A model generated the notes under the pieces. The model was not told the origin of the DNA. It made no database searches and worked only from the letters and a program-made list of their open reading frames with translations. Below, piece after piece: positions 11,619 to 25,789 of a DNA stretch of 64,000 nucleotides. The translations under genes and the position numbers were made by a program. The DNA is from Octopus bimaculoides (taxonomy: Eukaryota): the NCBI RefSeq assembly GCF_001194135.2, contig NC_068985.1, positions 40,013,793 to 40,077,792 of the forward strand, read 5' to 3'. The first letter of the stretch is position 1; each line of letters begins with the position of its first letter.

Positions 11619-14600
11619 CTGAAAGTAAAAGAATGGAAAAAATAAATAAATTTTTATGTTTTGGAGTACTGATCACATACCAGAGACAGTGCTGCTGTTA
11701 TACAGAAAAAACATTCCAAATAGAACCAAAACAACAAAAAAAAAAAAGGCTAACTAGTTGTATGTCAAAGGTTCACTCATGAACAGTCACAAACATAATG
11801 TTTCTTTTCTGCTGCTACTATAGTATAATTGAGCAGAACTATAGTCAAAAGCATTCCAGCTAACTGTTCTATCTTTTTATGAGTATCTAAGACTACATTA
11901 TCCAATGTACCATTCTTTGCTTTTTTTTAAATAAGATAATGTAATTTGAGAGTGATGTGACTGCTGCTTCCAGCACTCAGTAACTGCATTGAAGATCCTT
12001 TGTTTTTCCCTTCGGGTACCAACTTACAGATGAGCTCAAACTGAACACCAACTATCATCTCAGTAATCATAAACCAATGAAATATCTCTATGGAGTTGCT
12101 GTACCTACTTTTCAAGATGAAACTGTCTTAAAAAGGACAGACATATTGAATAATTTAATTGTAAAATAAAGGATGGAGTAATCATAGCTGGAATGTCTTT
12201 CATCAAAGGCCTACTTCATCAGAACTGACCAAGGACGAAATTACAACTTCATCAGCCTGGACGGGTCATCTGACTAAATAAAAAAAGAATATGCTTTTGG
12301 GATGCACTTGATGCTTGAAATTATAATTTACTGCAATTTTTGTAATTATAATAATCAATTCTTACTTAATTATAATTGATAACAATCACTCCGCATCAGG
12401 AGTCATCCCTTCAATGGACTTCCAAACAGTTACTGTCTATCAAATTTCACTCAAAATATTTTGCTTCACTTGAAGCTGTGGTGCTGAGCAATGGGACTGA
12501 ACCCAAAACCATGTTGATGTGGAGCAAACTTTTTTAAACATACTACCATGCCTTCCTCTATTTACAAAAGCAACTGTGCAGGTATTGAATGAAGTCTTAT
12601 TCATTGCTTTATCTCTTTATCTTTTCACAGCTGTTACATTATTAATAATTAGCACATCAAACTTAAATTAGATCACCTTAGCCTGCTGTTAATGTCCAGA
12701 GACACTATTTCATGTTGACAACATATGCTAATAACTAATTTGTTCATAGCCTGCCAGCCTTTTGTGATGTCACTAGCTGTTTGCCATTATTATTCAATGT
12801 CAGTTCAACTGATTTTCATTCTGGAGTTTGGTGAGACGTAGACTGCCATGAATGATCCACAGAAATGGTGAAATGGTGAAATCAAGTGAATGCCATCCAC
12901 CAGTGTAAATGATTATTTCATTGGCTGGTGCTTAATTAGCATGTGTTGTCAAGATGAGACAGTATCTCTCAACAAGCAGGTTAAGGTAATCTAAGAAGCA
13001 CATCCAATTCATGTTGGATGTACTAATTATTATTTGTTACAAACACTGCTACTGTTGTTAATAGCCAATTTACATTATCATTATTATTATTAGGCAAGCT
13101 GGCAGAATTAGCATGCCAGGCAAAATGCTTAGTGGTATTTTGCCTGTCATCATGTTCTAAGTTCAAATTCCGCTGAGGTCGACTTTACCTTTCATCCTTT
13201 CAGGGTTGATAAATTAAGTACCAGTGAAATAACTGGGGTCGTAGTTGACTAGTCACCTCCCACCAAATTTCAGGCCTTGTACCTTCAGTAGAAAGGATTA
13301 TTGTTATTGTTGTTGTTGTCCATGTTGTCAGTCAGTCACCACCAGTCATGAATAACTGTACATAGCAATATACTTAAGTGGCGTTTTATGCAAGAATGGT
13401 ATAGTGTAATTGTGGAGAAGTCTAATAATAAATTATTCGAAGTTAACTACAAGATCATTTTGCTGTTCACATATGAAAGAATGATAGTGGAAAAGTAATA
13501 AAGGATGCTGGCTGAATGAAGAACAAAATAATTGTTTGCTAACATGCTTAATATAGTGAGCTAAGATATATTAATTCATCAAAATTAGACCCTGTAGTGA
13601 TAAATATGGGGGAAAAAAATCATCTTATTGCTTAATTCTAGTCTTGAAAAGCAGGGAAACACACACATATTTACTGGAAAAATTTGTTTGTTGAATGTCT
13701 GTTTTTCCATACGAGCTTATTAAAGCATTGTTTTTCAGCTGAATGCTCTTCTTTTCATTAACCCTTACCTATTTTCAAATAAAGGATTTCTTATTCCACA
13801 TGTTTGAAGCCTGGAAATGTTTTGTTGATAGGGGGAAACTATAACAATACCACTGCTTGTAGCTGAATAATTTTTGGAGCAGTGCAAATGTAACCAAATA
13901 GACACACACATGCACATATGTGTTTATATATGACGGGATTCTTTCAGTTTCCATCTACCAAATGTACTCTCAAGGCTATGGTTGGCCTGGGGCTATAGTA
14001 GGGACTGACTGAATTTGAAATCACATGATTGGGAAGTTGACTTTCTTCACTACACATCTATGCTTATGCCTCTACAAAAGATGCAGTCTATCAAACTAAT
14101 TAATGGCAGATGCTCTTTAAATTCGCTGCTTATACATAGAAATATAACATGGGTTTAATAACTGATAGGCCAAGATTTCATTTTAGAGTTGGATTGCATT
14201 AAAGCAAGGCTAGAAATAGAGTCTTATATAGAAATTATTCATGTATTCTATGGAATTTTATGTAATTTCTATAAATAAAACTACAAAATTTTAAAAGAGA
14301 TTACAAATTTAAGTCTCCAACTGAGAAACATACCCTGAAAATCTGGTCATGACTATAAAAAGCAACTGAATACTTGATCAACAATATGGCTGATGGGAAA
14401 AAATAGAAATACTGTTCACACACACACAAATAGTATGAATTATGAAGGCCTGTGGGTTAGTGGTTAGGTTATTTGGTTCATAAGGTCGTGAGTTCGATAT
14501 CTGGTGGTGTGTTGTGTCCTTGAGCAAGACACTTTATTTTATGTTGCTCCAGTCCACTCAGCTGGCAAAAATGATTAGTACTTGTATTTCAAAGGGCTAG

Positions 14601-17600
14601 TCTTACATTCTGTGTCCTGCTGAATTTCTCTGAGAACTACATTAAGATTACATGTGTCTGTGGAATGCTCAGTCAATTGCATACTAATTTCTTGAGCAGG
14701 CTGTTCTGTTGATCAGATCAACTGGAACACTCACTGTTGTAAGTGTAAAGTGACAGAATGCCAGTTAATAAAGAGAAGGAATTGTAAAACAATCAACTGA
14801 TTTCATCAAAGGAATTAAAACAAGTAAGGGAGATAATCCAATAATTTCATTCAACATTTTTGGACAATGCAGTAGATCGTGTCTCAACCGGTAAAAGCAA
14901 GGACATGTTTTAGTCTTATGAAACCTCCTCAGTGAGTATATTCCACCTAGTTAGCAATAAAATGTATTCATTATAAATATGCGCGTACGCACACACACAC
15001 ACATGAAATGTAGTATTGCTGATTATGAATATCAATAATATCAGAAAGGGAAAATACTTCAGGAGAGTTTACTACATACATTAAACAAATATAGAAAGGC
15101 CTCACATATGATATTGAGAGTTTATAATTTCTGATTATTTGAGTTTATCCAAGTGGTCAATAGACAAAAAGTCGTTTGAGTGGTGTTTGAATTGTTTTTG
15201 AAAAAAAAAAATGCAAGGCTAGCCAATCAATAATTTCCAAAAAACATTTGATGGCTCTTTCTCACATCGTTTATGAAAAAAAGGGTGAATGATGAGAAAA
15301 TATCTGCACAGTTTAAAAATTTGAAGGAAAATAAATCAATACTTACATACAGGTTGAATATAGTTTCCTGGGAAAGTTCCAAATATTCCTGTACGCCCTG
15401 AAGTACCCACGTACCACCCATCATCACACTTTTCCATCACATACACTTCATCTCCTTCCCAAAGTTCTAATTCATCTTCATTCTGAGGTTTATAAGCATA
15501 AATTGCACGATACCTAAAAACAAAAAGATAATCATACATAGACACATTATATACATATACAACAGTGTTAACTGTCATATGCTTTGTAACTTTGGAAGTA
15601 TACTTTTGCCATCATGGGCAATATCAGGAAATTTGATATACATACAATAATTATAATAAAATTTTATCAAATTTCTTAGTGCTTATACAAAATGATGAAA
15701 TGAATACTAATTTTCACTAATTTTCAAATGAAAAATATTTATCACCTTAAAATTAAATAAAAACTTTTCATAAGTATAACTCCCATAGCTATTCCTGTCA
15801 TTTTACTCCCTCTTCTACTCATCCTCTGTTTCTATGACATTTTCTCTGATTCTGTGTGTATGTGTGTGAGTGTAGAATTGTTTTACTCATTGCCTGTCAC
15901 CATGCCTAGTATGTGCTCTTGCCTTTCCCTCTCCTTCACTATACATGATATAAAGTGCAGATGAAAATATCAAACAACCAGCATTTATATCAGCTAGTTT
16001 TCACACACACACACTATTCATTTGTGGTGAAAGCATTTCTAGGGTAGCTAAAATAATGAAACAAATTAGTTAATTGATAAATGTAGTGGAAGATATCAGT
16101 AACATTTTTCAACTTGGTGACTGAAAGCAATACATGCAATTAATCTGATTGCACATACTAGTTTAAATGCTGCCAAGTAAATTACTTTCCCTTTCCTGTC
16201 TACATGGTACAAAGTGCAAATGAAAATTTCAAACAACCAGCATTTATGTCAGCTATTTTATACACACACACACACACAGTTATTCATTTGCTTTTCCATG
16301 CAAATATTGATTGGATGGGAATTATTTGAGTCTACATTTTATGACTGGATGCCCTTCTCGTTGTCAACCTTTACTTGTTTTCCAAGTATGATATTTTTTA
16401 TTTCACTGATCTTTATAGAGCGGAGCAACTGAACACAGTACACACAATTCACACCACCAACCTCACTCTCTTGTGTGTGACTATCTTTCAATCCAGTGAC
16501 AAGGCCAGGTCAAGACAACTAAGGATGGAGATGGATACTGTGGATGGCAAAGATGCCTTACATTCCTCAGCTTATTCTCAGGCACCTTCTCCTCCACTAA
16601 ACCATGACAATTTCTTTTGCAAGTCTGCTGGATCCAGTAACATATACACACACACTTATACAATGTCAAAAAATATTGATACTTTTCTTCATCTATTGAG
16701 ATTTAAATCATTTTTACAAAATTTTGAATCATAATCTTATTACTCTTGTGTCACATAAAAATGATTCCAACTTTTTATAAGAATCACTAAGTTCCATTTT
16801 TAAACAGTTAAAAAATTTTACAATTAAATTTTTTTGATTAAATCCTTGGTGAGTACTTCTAAAAACTGGTTTGGAAAATTTTTGAAATTTTGGATGAGTA
16901 TATGCATTTCTTAAGCTTAATTTACCAATTTTTCCTTAGATTTTTTTTCAATCTGAAGCAAAAATTTAATCCAATTCATTGTATGAGTATTGTCTGATTG
17001 CAATCTGAAGCAAAAACTCCATAATGTGAGAAGAAACTTACGTTTTCAAAGCTAGATCGTCTTCAGGAAGAGTAAATTTAGGTTTTGCTGCTATTTGAAT
17101 AACTGATGGAGTTTTGTTGATAGGGGACATGGATTTACGACCAGCACTTGGACTTTGTTTTGTTTTCGGAGAAATAATTTGGCTCTCCAGAGAGTTCAAA
17201 ATGTTGGCATGGTCATTATAACTTGTTTGTTGGTAGTGTTGAGTTGGGGTGGACAAAACAGTTTTGGAGACAGAAGGACTGATTACTGGTGGACTCTGCA
17301 AGTGTGAGAGATATCCAGGTCTTTGGTAATTGAAGGCACTTGGTGAGGGTTGTGGTGGCGGCGTGGGAGCATCAAATCCAACAGGTGATAGCATTTCTGG
17401 GGTTGCTAAAATGATGAAACAAATTAATCAATTAGTTAATGTAATGGAAGATATTAGTAATGTTTTTTGAGTCAATGACTGAAGGTGGTATACACAATTA
17501 ATCTGACTGCACAAACTAGTTTGAATGGTGCCAAGTGAATGAAGAGGAGATATAAAATATATCAAAATATAAATATCAAGAGATATCTGGGTCTCAGTAT

Positions 17601-20600
17601 TTTCAAATCATTTTTCAGTAGACAATGTCTTGAGTGTGGCCAACTAATTGGTGCAGGTGTGGATGTATAGTAAGAAATTAGCTTCCCAACCACATGGTTC
17701 TGGGTTCAGTCCCACTGCATGGCACTTAGGGTAAATATCTTCTACTATAGCCTCAGGCCAACCAAAGCCTTGTGAGTGGATTTGGTAGATGGAAACTGAA
17801 AGAAACCCATTGTGTGTGTGTGTGTTTGTCCCCTGTCACCACTTGACAACCAGTGATGGTTTGTTTATGTCCCTGTAACTTAGCAGCTTGGCAAAAGAGA
17901 CTGAGGTCAATTTGTTCAACTAAAAATTCTTCAAGGCAGTGTTCCAGCATGGCCACAGTCTAATGACTGAAACAAGTACAAAATATTATTAAGTGTCACA
18001 AAATAAAAGTATTGTAACTGAACAAGAAAAAGACAAAAAAGACCCAAGATGCAATTGAGAAAGTAAGAAGCTTAGTCCTCTGAGATATCTGATGAAGCAA
18101 ATCCATCTCCTGTGCTGACATCATTAGAAAAAAATCCCAGTGATCAGAGAACATACATGTAGAACTTGGAGCAGCTACTCAAATATCAGCTAATTCTGCA
18201 GTAGCATTGAGAACAGAATGCCACCAATGAAATTTTTTAGGAAGAAAAAAGTGTGAGGAGTGGGTAACTAAATACAATCATTACATGGTTAAGTTCTGGA
18301 TAGAGTATAGTGACATTTAGAAATGGAATCAAGATAACAGACAGTCTTACAGAAAAACCAAAAGTTAAAAAACATGTATATATTTTCAGTCACTTATGTA
18401 TGGATATATATACTTGGGTGCATCTGGAGTTTTACAAAATACCTGGCAACTTGACTGAACTTGTGTATGTGTAATGTAAGACTAACTTAGACAAGGCACC
18501 AATACTATTTTAACATTGTATCTATTGACAAGCATCAAATATGTTTGAACAAATATCCACTGAAATACTGGTATTGTGAACTTCTTAACTATGCAGCCAA
18601 ACCTGCATGGAAGAATGAGATGTAAAACAAACAAACAGAAAATACTCATAATGAGGACTGAAAACCTGTGTGTATTTTTCACAGTGATCAGTTAAAATCA
18701 TTGATGATCCTCCAAGATATATTGTAATTTTTGATAACATTCCAGTAATTTAATAATTTCTGATTATCTTCCAAATGTAAAATTCTGAGGAATTTCCAAG
18801 ACTAGCATAATTTTCTAAGGTTGATTGGCATTTAAATATTGATGTTTCCTAAATTTGTTGCAGCATATGCTTTCTGGTTTTCCTTAATGTCAGCCAGTCG
18901 ATGACTAGGACTTTCTCTAAAGTAAATGTGATTACATGGGCAATTATATATTATTAAAGTCATTACTATCAACCTACAGCACATTAATAATTGTAACTGT
19001 TGGAAATATTATGTAATAGTAATAGCTACCTGTCATTGGTGTACATATTACTGACGGTGCAGGGGTTACCAGTGGAGTGGATGGCTGCCTCATCACTTCA
19101 ACATAACTAATAGGGAAAATACCCTGCCTTGAACCAATGCGGCCTTCAAGCCAGTTCTCATCAACTTTGCGTAATAAGGTAATCATGTCACCCTAGAAGG
19201 AGAGGAAAAAATTACATAGTAAGGATATTTATCTGAAACACAAAAACAAAAAAAATATACAGACAGTTAAGAATTTAAAATATGTGTTGTCCTTTTGGTA
19301 TTATCATCTGCATTGCAAATTGGGCATGTATTAACAATTGCATTATTGAAATTCTCATGCTTCACAAATAAGATTTCACATTCATAATTATTTATATGTT
19401 CCTATATGTTTGTCTTATTTGTCTGTCACCTCCACTGGCAGATAGAAGAAATGCTGGTAGATAGAAGAAACTGGTCAATGTTTCAGCTAATGATTCATTT
19501 TGTTGTTATTGCAAGATGTTTGCTTTGTGAATGTATTCAGGTGACTAGGAAACGTGTGGATATATAAATTTATCTCAATCTTAGTATACTCACATGATAA
19601 TTCAAAAGAACATTTTAAGTAGCATTTTTTGTTACTCTATCTGTTATTTCATTTATATGGTCAACCTAAGGTATATCCAAGCTTTAGTATTTGAGGTATG
19701 TCTATGTGTGTCCATACATATGTGTGTTATTAGGTATGCAGGCAGTATTACAAAACAATATCATGGATAAAATGAGGAGTACTCAATATCTATTACACAG
19801 CAAATATTTATTACAATAGTTAAACTTCACTTAAGTCTTATGCCATGAAAAAGCAATTCTCAAAAATGTATGTGTGTGTATGTACATATCGTGTGGGTGC
19901 ACATGTAAATAAATAAAATAAAGAAGCAGTGATAAGTTCAAAATATTCTCACACATTTGCATAAGAATTACCTTTTTCAAAGACAACTCCACAGATGTCT
20001 GAGCCACAAAATTATACTTTGCACGGGCCTGACCTTCAGCTTGCAAAGCTGCTGCATTGGCTGCTTCTATTGAAGTTAATACCTGTAATGAATAAACAAG
20101 TAGTGATTAATAACTATGACACACCTTATTTACTGACTTATAAAGTAAAATCACCCATACATTTGTTGGCGCACATAACCAGAGGTGATATGGTTGTAGG
20201 AGAATCTTAGTTATAGTTGTTGGCACTCCGTCGCTTACAACGTCGAGGGTTCCAGTTGATCTGATCAATGGAACAGCCTGCTCGTGAAATTAACGTGCAA
20301 GTGGCTGAGCACTCCACAGACACGTGTACCCTTAACGTAGTTCTCGGGGATATTCAGCGTGACACAGTGTGACAAGGTTGACCCTTTGAATTACAGGCAC
20401 AACAGAAACAGGAAGTAAGAGTGAGAGAAAGTTGTGGTGAAAGAGTACACCAGAAAGTTGTGATGAAAGAGTACATCCCCTGCCGGAGCCTCATGGAGCT
20501 TTAGGTATTTTCGCTCAATAAACACTCACAACGCCCGGTCTGGGAATTGAAACCACGATCCTATGACCATGAGTCCGCTGTCTTAACCACTGGGCCATTG

Positions 20601-23600
20601 CACCTCCCCATAGTTATAGTACTACTATGTGAAAGTGCATAGGTTAGTGGTTAGGGCGTTAGAACCCTGATCACAAGGTTGTGTCTTTGATTTCCAGCTC
20701 AAGTCTCACATACTGTTCGTGAGCAACCATTTATTTCCTTCATGTTGGTCCAGTTCATTCAGCTGAAAATGGTTACCAGCAACAGCTTGGTGTGTCCTGT
20801 TCAAGAAGGTGTATTGTACTCTTGATTGTTTACACCTGACAGAAGCTGGGATAAGCTCCAGCCTCATGATCCTATAGGGTTGTGATAGATCTAAGATTAT
20901 GGGGGAATTATTTCAGTATTGATGTTCTATGAGCATAATCAGTAGAAGCCATGCATCTTTCATCTTACAAAAAAATGTTGTGGCCTTCTTTGTGCCTTTT
21001 TTAAGAAATTGGTAGTGGTGGATCAAATGTCTTGTGTTAGCTATTTAATTATTTCCTTTTCCATTCAGACTTCAAATATCAAGTTAACTTTGCCTGCACT
21101 ACTTAAGCAGAATTGATGGAGCACTAGTCGAGTGGTAGATCAAATTCCTTGTGCTATCGAGTTATGTCCCTTTAGTCTGAATTCAACTTCTTTCTGAAGT
21201 CGATAAAATAGACATCACTTATGTGCATTAGAGTTGTTTTAATTAATTGAAGGTGTCATCATCCAAAATGTATGGCCATATACCAATAATAAAAATCAAT
21301 TTTTGTTACATCATAGGTGAGAAGCCTAACTGGGTAAATATTGGGATATCTGCTAACAGGTTATGAGCACAAATACATAGCTGGAATTTTATTTCATTTT
21401 CTTTTTGTATGTTTCTGTGCAAAATGCTTAATTCTACATCATCTTAATTCCTATAACTATTGGGAGTAGGTACCAGATCACCTTAGAATGTTCTGCCACT
21501 TGTCTCAGTTGGGACAGGTTCTGGATATTGGTTGGGTTTATAGGTTATATGTTATCATCAGGTATGCAACAGCACAGCCCATTCAACATTGAACATGATA
21601 TGCACAAGTGGACAGCTTCTTTAGTCCTAATCAGTTCTTACTAATGTTTTACAGCATCAGTTTCCACCATCATTAGGTGGCTACCTTCCCCAAATAGAAA
21701 AGATTCCTTTCTTAATTTTGTTGTTGATATTCAGCCCTAGAACAGCCCTGATCAAGTAGGCCTATAATGAAAAACACCATAATTGTGATAAACACATCTC
21801 TTCTTCAAACAATATAACTAGGACTACATTGCGTATTGTTCCAGTTTGATAATGGTCAGATGTGGTTTGGCTGATGTTTTTAGATAAGAAAAACCGTGTA
21901 GAGGTTCCTTCTTTGGCTAGGACTCTTGTTGTATGTTATAAAAGACAATGTAGGAGTAGGATGATTAAATGCCTTCCAATATTTACTATTTACTATGTAC
22001 TTACATGAGCTGTTTTTTTTAAATTTTAAATTCCATTGGAGCTAGCTGTACCTTTCATCTGTCTGGGATGAATAAAATAAATACTAGTAATATTCTCAGA
22101 CCAATTTAATCAACTATATTTTTCTCTCAATTGCTCCATGACAAATGTGAAAAATTAATTACTTAATAGAAACAGTACAAGGAAGGCGGCGAGCTGGCAG
22201 AATCGTTAGCACGCCGGGCGAAATGCTTAGCATTATTTCGTCTGCCGTTACGTTCTGAGTTCAAATTCTGCCGAGGTCGACTTTGCCTTTCATCCTTTCT
22301 GGGTCGATAAATAAAGTACCAGTTACGCACTGTGGTCGATGCAATCGACCTAATCCCTTTGTCTGTCCTTATTTATTCCCTCTATGTTTATTCCCTTGTG
22401 GGCAATAAAGAAATAAGAAACAGTACAAGGAAGGGAGTGAATGCTATTTTTTATGATTTAATTTCATCCTTCAACATTCTCAGTCCATTATATCTTAGCT
22501 TTACATTTCACCCATATGTAGTTGCTGTTATTCTTTAGGTAAGGTAAGATGGATTCAGATCAAACAGATTTTTGATCAAAGTTATCTAGCCATGACCATC
22601 TTGTCTTTTCAGTTATAGTCAATCTCAGATTATATATTCTGATATGTCCACTTCCTTGGAAGAGGGTGGAGGAGACAACAGTAGTGTGTGATATAGGAAT
22701 ATTAGCTGCTATTTCTAGAGGATTGACTATGTACAGGCTCTCTCATTGGGTCAATGGCTTGTACACTCATTTGACTGCCTGTGGATAGGAAACAACTACC
22801 TCTAAGTCAGAACCATTTGTAAGTAAAATAGTAATGCACCAAGAGACTTACCTATCTAAACCTATCTCTTACAAGCACCTGCCTGTGTTTGTAAGGGATA
22901 GGTCTAGTTGATTATGGAAAAAGAGAAAACCAATATTTAGCTTGGATTTGATTTTCATCCTTGTAGAGCTGTTGTTTAACCCCAGGTTAGCCTTAACTGA
23001 ACCTATGATTAAAGTACTTTTTTCAGGCCATGTTCATCCAAGGATATATAATCTAATGTGTCCTTCCCATTTTAATATAGTAGAGTGTCACTGGAACAAA
23101 ATTAGGCTGTTATATCTACACTATTGAAAGACAGTAGAGTTACTCCCTCCAGATTTGATAATAAAGTTATTTAAAATATGAGGTGGATTCTTGAGACTCT
23201 ACTTTCCCCTCTTCAGAAAAATAAATATAGGCCTAGTCAATAGAAAATATAGAAAAGTTTTGAAAGTTAGTGAGAGTAGCTTATGTATTAGACTGCTTGA
23301 GTACATATCCTAATGAATTCGGTATCTCTATAGTTTGAGATCTAATCATGCCTTTGCCTGTCATCACTCAAGGGTTGATAAAATGATGAGCTTATTGTAT
23401 ACAGTGCTCAGGAGTAACTACAACTCATCAGAAAAAGGTGACAGAGGGGACAGAAAGCAGTAATAATCCACATAAAGAAAGACAGCAATGATAGCCAAAA
23501 GTGCATGCATAGTAGACAGGATAAAACAAGACAGAAAAGTGAACTGTAACAAAATCATAAAGCGGAAACGGTGCATGGGCATGTGAGGAGTAGTTTTGAC

Positions 23601-25726
23601 AGATTTGAATAAGAAAAGACATTTTCAAACTTTTATCATTTATCACAAATGCCACACCTTCCTATTATGAAATAGACAACTTTCAATATAATACCACATT
23701 ATTATCTATTTAATCAGACAAAAAGTATTGAATTTGAATTTTCTTTAATCTTCTATGTGTGTTTAATGGTTTATCAGCTTTTTTTGACAAATTAACGCAC
23801 ATATCACTGACAAGTGAGGTATGCATGCATGTACACACATGCACACATGCGCACACACGCACAAGCACACATACACACACACGCACAAGCACACATACAC
23901 ACACACACGCATGCACACACACACACACACACACAAACAAACTCTACACCAGCTGCTGGTTTCAAACCAGTGCTCCCTTTGTATTGCCACCTGCACCAGG
24001 TGTTGTAATCTGACAAAAGACCACCACCACCACCATCATTTCATGCTTGATTTCTCTGTTGGCATGGGTATGGCAGTTTGTTACAGTATCTCCACTTTCA
24101 AAACAGCAAGAACAAAACACTAGTGGTGAGTTTCAACTTACAAGTGTTCATTATCTTATCATTCAGGTATTTTCCTTATAATCATTGAAGCTGTAAGAAT
24201 GAAGTAAGAGACAGCAAGAATAAAAGAATAAAAAGTTGACCAAAAAAAAAAAGCTAAAAGAGAAGAAAATGAAATTATGTCAGTGTACTTTATACCAACC
24301 TCAACATAGCTGCATGGGAAGATGCCATAACGTCCATGCTTCTCCCCTGCAAACCAATTCTTATCAAGTCGATGGTGAAGATAAAGAATGTCTCCTTTTC
24401 TAAATGATAATTCTCTGTAAAGAAATGAGAGGAACAATGAAATATAAGACAAAGTTTGGTAATTACGGAAAGTAAATATCTTATTAATCATCTGGCAAAC
24501 GATATAGATTCAGTTTGAGTCTTTTCTGCTGCTCTTTTGAATCCTCTGTGGGATTTGAACTAAGAATGTAAAGAACTGGGAACAAATACTGCATTGTGTT
24601 TTCTGATGCTCTAATAATTCTGCCAATCCACACTGTTTTGAGAGTCAATAATACCTAGAGTCATTGATAATCACAAGAATACTGTGGTCATTGGAGTTTA
24701 AATCCCCATCAACCTTTAAAGCACAAAGAAGATTCATTTGTGGGTTCTTAGCTACAGCCTCTTGCTTAAGGAAGCCTGAAGTATTAGTCAATAAAATTGA
24801 ATCCAGTACTGGACTAGTACTTTATCCATTCTGAAAGAATGGAAAGTAGTTTTGACTTCAATAGGATTTGAATCAGAATGTAAAAATCCAGAACTAAATA
24901 GTATGGTATTTTGTCCAATTCTGCCCATTAGCTGATGTATAAAGGTGAGATGACAGTGTTAGTATGGCCATTTGATGGAAATAGAGTGCACAAAGAAAGA
25001 GAAGGTCAAGGAAGATGTATAGAAAGGTAAAGTTTGATTGTTGGACCCTCATAGATGAAGTGTCATAGGATCAATAGATGTAAGAATATGAGGTATTGCA
25101 GACCTGTCTGAAACCTATGGTAACACAGATAAAACCAAATGTTAAAACTTATGGTGACTCTATTTCTAGTAAGATATGATTGGAGTTGGTCTACAGTTGC
25201 TGCTGCTGTTTAACCCCGAGATACTGTTCATGAGTAAACCTATGATCAAAGAAGTTCTATTCAGTAATCTTATCATACACAGTATCTAAAAAAATATAAT
25301 CTAGTGCTTCTTTCTATTTTCTAACACTGCAGGGTGAGATTTTAATGAGATGTGGCTGTTAATACTGGCAAAGCAAGGGATCATCTTGATATACAATTGA
25401 ACCTGGCTGTGCTGTACAAAGAGATCTTAATTAAGGAATGCTATGGATTTAATAATATCTCTGATATTTGACAAGTGACATGTAAATATTGAAGATAATA
25501 TCCAACCGAATAGAGTATGAAATTACACAGTTCAAGACTTTGTGAATCTGAAATTTACATCCCAGCAAAAAGCAGAAATCAGGACTAGAAATGGGGGTAG
25601 AAATTCGCAAATAACTGTCATATTCACATAGGAATTGTATATATATATATATATATAAATAATATATGAGTATATGTACATGTATGTACATACCTTCATC
25701 TACATGTATATACAGATGCATATCTG

Positions 25727-25789
<63 letters not shown>

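Noticed and set aside
16481-16734. Overlapping ORFs in the intron between exons 7 and 8
   Set aside because: Exons 7 and 8 join in frame without them, and no convincing acceptor/donor pair preserves phase 2.
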